Source: Elusimicrobiota bacterium (lineage in GTDB: Bacteria; RUG730; JBDRED01). Taken from it: a stretch of 64,000 nt of DNA. The notes below the pieces were generated by a model. The model made no database searches, was not told the DNA's origin, and saw nothing but the letters and a program-made list of their open reading frames with translations. The DNA is taken from the NCBI GenBank assembly GCA_043820025.1, contig JBDRED010000028.1, positions 12,274 through 76,273 on the forward strand, written 5' to 3'. Shown here piece after piece: positions 7,960 through 16,850 of this stretch. Position numbers and translations under genes: made by a program. The stretch's first letter is position 1. Every line of letters begins with the position of its first letter.

Positions 7960-9738
7960 TTAAAAACTATAGGATACGGTGGCATTCCATTTAACGCGTT
8001 CGCCCGGAACAGAGTATAATAACTCGTCAATATCTTCAAACATTAAACTATCAAACTCTGAATTATTCATCACAGTCCACTCGCTCTGAAAACATATTTT
8101 TTTATTGGGTTTATATACCGTTTTAATTGCCCATGAAGACCTTTCATTGCCGCTTAAAAAAAGCTTTGAGTCAGACATAGACCACCTGGCGCAAAACACA
8201 ATACTTCGTCCGGCCAACACTTTAACAACAGCGCTTATTGACTCGCCTGCATAACTTTTACTCTGAAGATCTACATACTTAAAATAGCGGGTATATGACA
8301 AGCTTAGGCTTATTGGTTCAGCGCCTTGATTAACTTTATATCGAAGATATGAATCCTTTCTACTATTAGTGTCACTGCCCCTTGTATAAATATCCCTATC
8401 CTTTTCTTGGTATTTAACTCCAAATTTAGTGTCATTTATCTCATAAAATATCTCAGCTGAATACATATCATCTGTCACCGGCAGTCCATATTTAATTTCA
8501 TAGACACCTTTATCGCTATCCCACAATGCGTTAGCGCTATGATTAAAAATGTCATACATTCCCGCAAAGGAAATTTTACCCGCCCTACTCGCTAATTTAA
8601 ACCTGTATCCTTTTTCATCCCTGCATCTCAAATACATTGACGGCCTGTTCATGCTTATTGCATTGGCATAAGGATTGTAGTAATTCTTATCATAGTTTCT
8701 CAGCGACACGCTCCACGCGCAAAGTTTATTATTTATACTGCTAAGCGTTATTATATTGGCTGAGTTATTCCTGTTTTTAGACAATTCTCCTTCAAATTTG
8801 AGCAGGGTATTTGAAACATTACAATAAAAACCCAAGTAGTTTTCTTGATATCCTGTGTTTAGAAAATATGCCGAGTCGTAAAGCAGTGTTCTGCTCAATC
8901 TATAATTGATTAGCCCTAAATATCCTTGAAAACCGCTATTCTTCCCTCCTATCTCATAAGATAGATTAATCCCTTTCACATCGTCTACAACGCCATTATT
9001 TATTGTCACGCTCTTATTAGTATTAAGCTCGTCAAAATCTGTTTTCACTCCGCTCAAAGCAATACCGGTATTTGAATAAAAAAAAGTAATCTGAGTTTTG
9101 TTAAATATTTTTTTATCCAACGCCGCTCCATTCAATCTTGAACTATAAACGCAATACGCGCCATCTTTATATTCCGCGCTCTGCGGAGCAATTCTAATCC
9201 TATATCTTCTTGAATAAGGCATTGAAATATCGGGTAAGAAACCCTGCTTTATTCCTTTAAAATTTCCAAAAGTCAGTCCCTGCCCAAATCTTGCTTTATA
9301 ATTGCCCAGTATCCAATCGCAATGTTTTGACTTATACCCAAAGTATTTTTTGCTTATAATATTTTTTTGACTCATGCTTACGCTGAAATTTACAAATTCC
9401 AACATTGAAATACTATGCCCGATAATCCCAAAATAATACCTATCAAGAATATTGTCCCACTTAAGCGCTGCTGTTAAGCGCGGGGCTGAATTATCGTCAT
9501 TATATGTATATGACCCGGCTGAAAGATTAAGATATTTAGATGTTTTTTTATCATCGTTTGAAAATAACCGGCTGTCATAATATTCCTCCAGCATCTCTAA
9601 ATATGCCGTCTCGTCAATGTCGCCGCTGATATAAAGATCAATTATTTCATCTTCAAAATTAATTGATTCGTTTATCACAGCAAAACTATTAACAGATAAA
9701 CCAAATATACACAAAATAATCCCAAATATTTTTATCAT
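7960..9738 (-). CDS. outer-membrane beta-barrel protein, unknown function
   Basis: 592 aa. Signal peptide MIKIFGIILCIFGLSVNSFA, beta-rich Y/N/S/G composition, GNYKARFGQGLTFGN motif and a C-terminal ..NATVSYSF (terminal Phe). Confidence 0.6.
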   Translation of the reverse strand: MIKIFGIILCIFGLSVNSFAVINESINFEDEIIDLYISGDIDETAYLEMLEEYYDSRLFSNDDKKTSKYLNLSAGSYTYNDDNSAPRLTAALKWDNILDRYYFGIIGHSISMLEFVNFSVSMSQKNIISKKYFGYKSKHCDWILGNYKARFGQGLTFGNFKGIKQGFLPDISMPYSRRYRIRIAPQSAEYKDGAYCVYSSRLNGAALDKKIFNKTQITFFYSNTGIALSGVKTDFDELNTNKSVTINNGVVDDVKGINLSYEIGGKNSGFQGYLGLINYRLSRTLLYDSAYFLNTGYQENYLGFYCNVSNTLLKFEGELSKNRNNSANIITLSSINNKLCAWSVSLRNYDKNYYNPYANAISMNRPSMYLRCRDEKGYRFKLASRAGKISFAGMYDIFNHSANALWDSDKGVYEIKYGLPVTDDMYSAEIFYEINDTKFGVKYQEKDRDIYTRGSDTNSRKDSYLRYKVNQGAEPISLSLSYTRYFKYVDLQSKSYAGESISAVVKVLAGRSIVFCARWSMSDSKLFLSGNERSSWAIKTVYKPNKKICFQSEWTVMNNSEFDSLMFEDIDELLYSVPGERVKWNATVSYSF

Positions 9739-9746
9739 AAATTATT

Positions 9747-10589
9747 TTAAAAATACAAACTAAAGCTAGTCAGATGCTGTAAAGATAAGTATTGATGCGA
9801 CCTTATGCTGTAATCTAACCTTAACTTAAACAGCTTAACGCAAAATCCGGCTCCTATAAACGCGGGCCTGGCCTGCATTCCAAACAACAGCTTAAGCCCA
9901 TCCGTAATTTTGTAATCAATGCCATATCTAAAAGATAAGTCGTATGGTATTTCTTTGAATGATTCCATATACATATTGACACGCGCATTAATAAGAAGAT
10001 TAACGCCTAATACAATTTCTCTTCCAATATTTTCTTTATAGTTTCTGCCTATCTGCGCTGAATTAATATTTTTTATCAGGAATGATATAAAGACCGGATT
10101 TTTTTTAAACCCGCACGATATGTCAAATGCAGGGACATATTCAATTTTATTAATGTAATCCTGCTCATTAATCTCTAAACTCATAAATCGAACAGCTAAC
10201 CCAAGACTGCTTATTTCTTTTATTCTGAGTCCGCAAGCTAAAACGATCTCCTGTTCTTGATATAACTCTCTTTTTCCAAAAACAGAATAACCTGCGGCCA
10301 GGCAAACAGACTTCAATACCGGAAATCCAAAAGCCGCAGCATTGACTGAAAGCTCTTCCATATTAAATATTCTTGTATAGAATGTCTGTATGCTAAATCT
10401 ATTAAGAAGAACTAAATTGCATGGCATATAAAATATGCTTAATGGTTCAGGCTCGCTGACTGCCTGCGCGCCTCCGCAGCCGGCGCTATAAGCTGAAAGA
10501 AGTTTATATTCAAACGCAGAAAATCCATCTGTTACTAAAAACACCACCACAGCGCAAACCATTACCCTGCATCGCAAGAATTTTACCAT
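9747..10589 (-). CDS. small outer-membrane beta-barrel, weak PorV/PorQ/FadL-like N-terminal signature
   Basis: 280 aa. Signal peptide ..VTDGFSA, then SAYSAGCGGAQAVSEPEPLSIFYMPCNLV (G-x-GGA ... NP-x-x-L-like pattern). C-terminal SFSLYF. Confidence 0.4.
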   Translation of the reverse strand: MVKFLRCRVMVCAVVVFLVTDGFSAFEYKLLSAYSAGCGGAQAVSEPEPLSIFYMPCNLVLLNRFSIQTFYTRIFNMEELSVNAAAFGFPVLKSVCLAAGYSVFGKRELYQEQEIVLACGLRIKEISSLGLAVRFMSLEINEQDYINKIEYVPAFDISCGFKKNPVFISFLIKNINSAQIGRNYKENIGREIVLGVNLLINARVNMYMESFKEIPYDLSFRYGIDYKITDGLKLLFGMQARPAFIGAGFCVKLFKLRLDYSIRSHQYLSLQHLTSFSLYF

Positions 10590-10641
10590 CGCCTTCTATC
10601 CCTCCCATAAAATTACCGTAACATCAAAAATATTTACGCGC

Positions 10642-12222
10642 TTACAATCTTTTACTGATCACTACTACCCGCTTATTAGTTTCCGTTTTACCTGTTTCCT
10701 TATCAACCGCCTCAGCATAAATCACATACATCCCTATTGGCAAAACAACGCCGTTCTCATCAGTCCCATCCCAAATAAGCTCTTCGCAAAAATCGGTTTC
10801 TCCATGCCACAGATCTTTAACCATTCTGCCTTGGATATCAAATATTTTAATGCCTGCGCTTCTTCCATGAGTATTAATTTTTATTAATGCGTTCCTGTGT
10901 TTTCCTTCTCCAAACGGCGAAAATACAGAAACAGGAACCGCCATAAGACAATCAATGCTTTCATCCTTATCATTGGTAATATTATAATTATACCCGGCGC
11001 CGGGATCAGGCTCGTCAATAATCCAATCACCCGCGCTGTTTGTATCGAGCGGAAATGTTTGAATATTTTGTTTTCTTTTTATTGAACTGCCGGTTGATCC
11101 TCCCCATACAACACAATCCTCTTGAGAATAATCATTGCTGACTGCCAGCCATTGTCCGCAGTCTATACCTTCCTCAAACAAAAGTTTATTAGCGTCGCTC
11201 CAAATCGTGTCATTATTCGCATAAGCAATAAAATCAATAATTTCATTGTCGCGATTTCGTAATATTATAGTATTATCAGTGCCCGCCAAGCCTGTGTCAG
11301 TTGTATAAAATCGTAACGTATTATTCACGGAACTTGCCTCATCAATATCGGATGAATTAAAATAAATTAAAATATAACTATTTTTGGACGGTATAATATC
11401 CGGAAATGTTTTTATTAGCTTAGCGCCCTCGTACAATTTATATCCGCCAATACTGCCTTCTGATTCCGTTATATACAGCTCTACCCAATCCTTTTCGCTC
11501 GAATAAGGCATTATCTCAGTGATATATCCATGAAATTTTCCTTGAGGCAAAATATCCTCTTCATCAATCTGCGATATACTGTTTAACATTCCCGGAGTAG
11601 CCCCGGTTTCACATGCCTTCCAATTACTCTCAGTATCCGCGCCAAGAGCGTTAATTCTCTCAACAGAAATACCATTACCCGGATCAAATGGGATACCATC
11701 CAACCCATCATCATCCGCATTTAAATAACTGCCGGGCGACTCTGTAATTTTTGGCGTTCCATAAGTACTTACACAGGTTCCGCTTGAATCGAACAAAGTA
11801 ATCGGGTCAGAAGAATTACTAAGTCCACTGCCGCCAAGCGTAGAATCTTTGGTAGTAAAAATAACAGCGTCGTTACCAAAGTCATATACCTGAGATCCGC
11901 CTGCATAATCCGCGTCTAAGATAACAGCATACGCTCCTGCTGGCACAACAAATGTTTTAAACACCGCCTTACTATCAGTTATTACGCCATGCGCTTCCGG
12001 ATCCCAAGGAACAATATTATCTAAGCCGTCGCCGTCAGTAAATTTATAGCCATTAATATTAATCTCCGTTGAATCAGCATTATACAATTCAATAAACTCG
12101 CCGCCGGATTCATCATCCGCATTTGCCATTACTTCATTAATAACCAATGAATAACTGTTCGAATACGCAAATCCGCAAATGATAAATACCGGCAATAAAA
12201 ATATAAAATACCTTACTGCCAT
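10642..12222 (-). CDS. secreted protein with two lamin-tail domains and a C-terminal FlgD-Ig-like domain
   Basis: 526 aa with a signal peptide. LTD1 is LVINEVMANADDESGGEFIELYNADSTEININGYKFTDGDG. LTD2 is ITEIMPYSSEKDWVELYITESEGSIGGYKLYEG. C-terminus reads FSPFGEGKHRNALIKIN..IKIFDIQGRMVKDLWHG..WDGTDENGVVLPIGMYVIYAEAVD. Confidence 0.75.
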   Translation of the reverse strand: MAVRYFIFLLPVFIICGFAYSNSYSLVINEVMANADDESGGEFIELYNADSTEININGYKFTDGDGLDNIVPWDPEAHGVITDSKAVFKTFVVPAGAYAVILDADYAGGSQVYDFGNDAVIFTTKDSTLGGSGLSNSSDPITLFDSSGTCVSTYGTPKITESPGSYLNADDDGLDGIPFDPGNGISVERINALGADTESNWKACETGATPGMLNSISQIDEEDILPQGKFHGYITEIMPYSSEKDWVELYITESEGSIGGYKLYEGAKLIKTFPDIIPSKNSYILIYFNSSDIDEASSVNNTLRFYTTDTGLAGTDNTIILRNRDNEIIDFIAYANNDTIWSDANKLLFEEGIDCGQWLAVSNDYSQEDCVVWGGSTGSSIKRKQNIQTFPLDTNSAGDWIIDEPDPGAGYNYNITNDKDESIDCLMAVPVSVFSPFGEGKHRNALIKINTHGRSAGIKIFDIQGRMVKDLWHGETDFCEELIWDGTDENGVVLPIGMYVIYAEAVDKETGKTETNKRVVVISKRL

Positions 12223-12398
12223 AAAGCATTACCGCCTAAATAATTAATTTGAAGTTGTTTTTTCTAAAAGAGATTTACAGTAAGTAAATCATTTTGAATT
12301 GTTCGAAATAAAAGGCATCACCGCTTTTTTATGTAGAATTGTATCGTTTTTTATGCGCTTAATTGCATGTTAAAATGTATTAAATAGCCTGTTGTGTG

Positions 12399-12974
12399 TC
12401 AATTTATTTTTGATAAATATTTATCTATTATCGCTTTCTCAACATCGCTTTTTAGTTTTTTATTTAACACATACACAATATTTCCGTACTTGCCTGCTTC
12501 ATCCTTTTTCGCAGGCCATGCCACCCAAAGGCCTTTTTTTCCCTGCATTACTCCGCAGTGAACAGCAATAGAATTATTAAACACAATCACTGCGTTTGCT
12601 TTTCTACTGCTATTCTTTTTTAAGATATTTATTTCAGAAATTTTAAATTCAATTGCGGTATTTATCTGCCGTGTTTCAGCGCCGGAACGGACTGATTCAA
12701 TAATTTTGTTTTTTAAATCAGGATCTATAATCTCGACCTGCGGAAGTTCAAACCCGTCAATTACTTTATAATGCGGCAGTAAAATGCTTTTATCTTCATA
12801 CAGGATTATATCTTCAATAACTAAAAATCCGCCTGCTATAATCCGCGCTCGCGTCTGTGTATTATCATGAACAGACACAACGCTTGTAATTTCTAAAAAA
12901 GATTCAGCAAAAACCAATCCGCTGAAAACTAAACAAAGAAACGCTAAAACAATGAGACATATTTTAAATTTCAT
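12399..12974 (-). CDS. exported tandem SpoVG-like domain protein
   Basis: Start corrected to MKFKICLIVLAFLCLVFSGLVFA/ESF (Sec signal). The C-terminal half, ANAVIVFNNSIAVHCGVMQGKKGLWVAWPAKKDEAGKYGNIVYVLNKKLKSDVEKAII, aligns by eye with SpoVG (..[32 protein letters not shown].HP..). The N-terminal half looks like a degenerate second copy. Confidence 0.5.
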   Translation of the reverse strand: MKFKICLIVLAFLCLVFSGLVFAESFLEITSVVSVHDNTQTRARIIAGGFLVIEDIILYEDKSILLPHYKVIDGFELPQVEIIDPDLKNKIIESVRSGAETRQINTAIEFKISEINILKKNSSRKANAVIVFNNSIAVHCGVMQGKKGLWVAWPAKKDEAGKYGNIVYVLNKKLKSDVEKAIIDKYLSKIN

Positions 12975-12981
12975 ATAGATC

Positions 12982-13488
12982 CTATGCCCTAACAAACAAC
13001 CCTATAATGTTTATTAAAAGCAGTATTGCTCCGGGTATCATCGCAAGAATGTTTTTCCATGTAATTCTGCTGTTAGGGTCCATGTCAGGAGCAGACTTAG
13101 CGTTCGCCTTATTAACCGCTTCCTGAATATAAAGAAGCGGAATAAATTTTAACATGCCTATTATCACAAGAACAGGCGCCAGGCCAAAGATCAAAAACAA
13201 AACATACCAGATTGTAAGATAAAGCGCGCTCTTGCTTAGCTTAATATTATGCTTCTCAACCTCATTACTCACATGCGCAAAACACTGATAACAAAAAATA
13301 ATTGCAATTACAGCTCTCGTTATTGGCATAATATTTTCACCGGTTTTCTTCTTTATGTAAACCCAATACTTATAAAACCAATAAATGTCATAAATCCCCA
13401 GCGTGCATAATGACATAACAGCCAGCTTCATCTTTGACACAGGGAAAAATATCGCCCCATCATTCGCATTTACTTTTTGTTCGCTCAT
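12982..13488 (-). CDS. small polytopic membrane protein (DUF4234-like LGIYDIYWFY motif)
   Basis: 168 aa with 4 predicted TM segments. The SD AGGAGGTAAG precedes the ATG. Confidence 0.35.
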   Translation of the reverse strand: MSEQKVNANDGAIFFPVSKMKLAVMSLCTLGIYDIYWFYKYWVYIKKKTGENIMPITRAVIAIIFCYQCFAHVSNEVEKHNIKLSKSALYLTIWYVLFLIFGLAPVLVIIGMLKFIPLLYIQEAVNKANAKSAPDMDPNSRITWKNILAMIPGAILLLINIIGLFVRA

Positions 13489-13563
13489 TTCTTACCTCCT
13501 AAATAAGTTTTTAAGTAACACTCGGCGTTTCCCAACACCAAGCATCATCCCTGATACTCGAGC

Positions 13564-14493
13564 TTAAACGCTTACGCGCTTCCTAACATACTCTATGTCT
13601 CTATTAACCTGATTAAATAACTCTTCCATGTTTTTATATTTCTTTTCGTCTCGTATTTTTTCCTTAAAATATATTTTAACATTTTTATTGTATAAATCAC
13701 TTGAGAATTCCAATATATGCGCTTCGACTGTAAACCTATGGGGATCATGTATCAGCGTAGGCCTATTGCCGCAGTTAATGACAGCTTTGCGCTTTTTCCC
13801 TAAAACCTCAGCATAACCGCCATAAACCCCTCTGGGAATTAATTTTCCGTAAGGTATATGCAAATTCACGGTAGGCACATTATATTTTGACCCTATAGCT
13901 TTTCCATGCACCACCAGCCCGTCTACTGAATATAACCTGCCTAAATATTTAGCGGCTGTGGCAACATCTCCTCTTTCCATGCATTTTCTAATCAGCGTGC
14001 TGGAAACAATCTTTCCTCCAAGTTTAATATCACGCGCAATCTCAACAATCACATCATGTTCCTTCCCCATTTTTTTAAGAAGATCAATATTTCCGGACCT
14101 GTTATTTCCAAAACAAAAATTACTGCCTACAACAATTCCTTTTACTCCTAACCCCTGAACAAGAACCTTTTTAAAAAAATCTTCCGGAGTCATTTCAGCT
14201 ATCGCATGCCCAAAGTATAAAAATATTATTCCGTCTATTTCCATTGTTTTTAAGAGCTCTGTTTTTTCTTCATTAGTTGTAAGCATTGCGACCTTTTGCT
14301 CCGGGTATAGCAATGAACGCGGATGCAGGTCAAAGGTAAGAACAATATTTTTAGCATTAAGCTTTTTAGCTAATCTGCCGGATTTATTTATTATACTTTG
14401 ATGCCCTATATGCGCGCCGTCAAAGACGCCAATAGGCATAACTATAGGCTTTTTAGTTTTTTTCCACTCATGTATTCCATTATAAATCTTCAT
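13564..14493 (-). CDS. ribF: bifunctional riboflavin kinase / FMN adenylyltransferase
   Basis: 309 aa. Contains IGVFDGAHIGHQ and a C-terminal kinase block PTVNL..GVYGG..RPT..EAHILEF. Confidence 0.92.
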   Translation of the reverse strand: MKIYNGIHEWKKTKKPIVMPIGVFDGAHIGHQSIINKSGRLAKKLNAKNIVLTFDLHPRSLLYPEQKVAMLTTNEEKTELLKTMEIDGIIFLYFGHAIAEMTPEDFFKKVLVQGLGVKGIVVGSNFCFGNNRSGNIDLLKKMGKEHDVIVEIARDIKLGGKIVSSTLIRKCMERGDVATAAKYLGRLYSVDGLVVHGKAIGSKYNVPTVNLHIPYGKLIPRGVYGGYAEVLGKKRKAVINCGNRPTLIHDPHRFTVEAHILEFSSDLYNKNVKIYFKEKIRDEKKYKNMEELFNQVNRDIEYVRKRVSV

Positions 14494-15382
14494 ACAGAAA
14501 CACCTTAATAATCTTTAGGCTTGATTCATTATACTTCGCAAGCGTTATTATTTTATCATTATACGTTAATTTAATCAATCCGCCAATTTTAAGCTTCTTT
14601 TTCAAGCCTGTCCAATCTTTGAATTTAAAATTGCCATTCCTGCATTTATTATATTCCTCTGATGAAAGCTTAACCTCGTATGTGTCTTTAAATATTCTCT
14701 CAATTGGAGTTATTTTATCCGGAAGATCGTCACTAGACCAGTTATCAATAATATCCTCAGCATTATACGCGTCCTTTAGCGAGAATATTCCTGACCTTGT
14801 TCTAACTAAGCCTGCAAGACTGGCTCCGCAACCCAGCCTTTTGCCAATATCTCTGGCAAGCGCCCTAATGTAAGTGCCTGACCGGCATCTAACCTTTAAA
14901 GTAAGAATTAAATCTTTAAAGCTTTCTAAAGAAATATCCTTAATTACAACCTTCCTCGGCAATACCTTTTTTTCAATGCCGCGGCGCGCGTAATCATATA
15001 AACGCCTGCCATCAACGTGTATCGCTGAATACACGGGCGGCACCTGATCAATTGTTCCGATAAATTCAGGCAGGATTTTTTTAATATCTTTTTGCTTAAC
15101 ATTTACCTCTTCATTTTTTTTAATTATTTTACCATCCATGTCATCTGTGTCTGTTGTTGTTCCAAGCAAAATATCAGCAATATACGTTTTTTCTGTCTGC
15201 TGTAAATAACTCGCGGCCTTTGTCGCTTCTCCAAGACAAATAACCAGAACGCCTGTTGCTGCGGGGTCAAGAGTCCCTGCATGGCCGGCCTTAATATTAA
15301 ATTTTCTTTTAATTGTGTTTACGGCTCTATGTGAAGTCCAGTGAAGCGGTTTTATAATAGGAAGTATCCCTTTAATATTCAT
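14480..15382 (-). CDS. truB: tRNA pseudouridine(55) synthase
   Basis: 300 aa. Contains GHAGTLDPAATGVL (catalytic Asp) and PPVYSAIHVDGRRLY. Confidence 0.93.
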   Translation of the reverse strand: MNIKGILPIIKPLHWTSHRAVNTIKRKFNIKAGHAGTLDPAATGVLVICLGEATKAASYLQQTEKTYIADILLGTTTDTDDMDGKIIKKNEEVNVKQKDIKKILPEFIGTIDQVPPVYSAIHVDGRRLYDYARRGIEKKVLPRKVVIKDISLESFKDLILTLKVRCRSGTYIRALARDIGKRLGCGASLAGLVRTRSGIFSLKDAYNAEDIIDNWSSDDLPDKITPIERIFKDTYEVKLSSEEYNKCRNGNFKFKDWTGLKKKLKIGGLIKLTYNDKIITLAKYNESSLKIIKVFLYEDL

Positions 15383-15384
15383 AA

Positions 15385-16344
15385 CTAAATATATTTTTTA
15401 CAATAATCCTCTAAATCTTTTAGAACGCTGTCTACAGTTTCATCCAATGAACCCTTTATCGTACAGCCCGCAGCTCTTTTATGCCCGCCGCCTTTATACC
15501 TAGCGGCAAACTCGTCAACAGAAACCAAATTTATTGACCTTAGACCGACCTTAATTATATTTTCTTTTAATTCTCTAAATAAAACAGCTGCCTCTACTCC
15601 GGCAATATCCCTTATATAATCAATGATTCCTTCTAATGTTTCTTTTGACGCGTCGCACTCGCGAATAACCTTATCTGAAATAACAACATAAGATATTTTA
15701 TCTTTATATCTAAATTTAAAATTACTGAGCACATAACCGAGCAGTCTGCAATACGCCGGGCTTTGGCTCCCATATACATGATGATAAACATCGCTTACGG
15801 AAATCCCGGTGTCTACAAGTTCAGCGATTATGTTATATAATTTTTTATGGGTATTAGAGTATTGAAATTTTCCTGTATCAGTCAATATCCCCACATAAAG
15901 GCATACCGCTATTTTTTGCGTAATAGGCGTTTCCAGAGCTTTTGCTAAATAATAAATCAATTCGGCTGTTGCTGAAGCGCTGCTATCTACCCAGTTTACG
16001 CTGGTAAAATCGCCGCTTATTGTATGGTGATCAATATTAACTATAATCCGGCTGTTTAAATCTCCTCTTTCAAATCCTGATCTCTCAATACAGCCGCACT
16101 CAAGAAGTATTAACACATCAGACTCCGGCAGATACCTGGTTTCTTCAACATATTTAACATCAGGCAAAAAGCTGTATTTATTAGGAATTCTTTCTCTGGA
16201 ACAAATACGAACATCTTTTTTTAAAGTCTTTAATATTTGGGAAAGCGCGAGCGCAGACCCTATAGCGTCTCCATCAGGGTTCTGATGATAAACAATAACA
16301 AAGGATGAATTTGAATGGATACATTCTATAACCTTGTCAATCAT
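15385..16344 (-). CDS. nrnA: DHH/DHHA1 phosphoesterase (NrnA-like oligoribonuclease/pAp phosphatase)
   Basis: 319 aa. Contains HQNPDGDAIGS, NIDHH and GGGHKRAAG. It sits in the conserved rbfA-truB position. Confidence 0.8.
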   Translation of the reverse strand: MIDKVIECIHSNSSFVIVYHQNPDGDAIGSALALSQILKTLKKDVRICSRERIPNKYSFLPDVKYVEETRYLPESDVLILLECGCIERSGFERGDLNSRIIVNIDHHTISGDFTSVNWVDSSASATAELIYYLAKALETPITQKIAVCLYVGILTDTGKFQYSNTHKKLYNIIAELVDTGISVSDVYHHVYGSQSPAYCRLLGYVLSNFKFRYKDKISYVVISDKVIRECDASKETLEGIIDYIRDIAGVEAAVLFRELKENIIKVGLRSINLVSVDEFAARYKGGGHKRAAGCTIKGSLDETVDSVLKDLEDYCKKYI

Positions 16345-16384
16345 AAATTAATCCTTATAGAGTTTATTTAACTCTATGAATACA

Positions 16385-16729
16385 TTATTCCTTAATCTTA
16401 TTAAACAATTCGTCTAATCTTGCGACTCTAGCCGAAGTTTCATCATAAATAAAATTAAAATCCGGAACAGATCTAAATTGTATCCTTTTGCCTAACTTGA
16501 ATTTTATTTGCGATTTATTTTTTTTAAACAAACCCTCCGCAGTCTTTTTAACGTCCTGGCCGCCTAAAATACTGTAATAAATTTTCACATTGCGCAGATC
16601 GCTCGACATATTGACATCAGTGATAGTAATAAATAAGTCCGCAAAATCTTCGAACTCGTGCTGAAGTATTACTGTAACCTGCTGTCTTATTAATTCCGCA
16701 TATCTCTCCGCTCTTCTGGAACCGGCCAT
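16385..16729 (-). CDS. rbfA: ribosome-binding factor A
   Basis: 114 aa, immediately after infB, with an RbfA-like sequence (VTITDVNMSSDLRNVKIYYS). Confidence 0.9.
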   Translation of the reverse strand: MAGSRRAERYAELIRQQVTVILQHEFEDFADLFITITDVNMSSDLRNVKIYYSILGGQDVKKTAEGLFKKNKSQIKFKLGKRIQFRSVPDFNFIYDETSARVARLDELFNKIKE

Positions 16730-16850
16730 ATCACTATCCCCGCGAGTTAAACATAGAATTCTGAATTTTATATTTTATTTCCGAATCCATTATTTTAATA
16801 TTTTCTCATTTATGTTCGCGCAACGCATTTCGCATCGCGCTTTACGCTGT

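Noticed and set aside
7845-8039. 64-aa minus-strand ORF spanning the MITE-like element and the 3' end of the OMP gene
   Set aside because: It overlaps the 592-aa OMP coding end and the inverted repeat, and it has no SD. It looks spurious.
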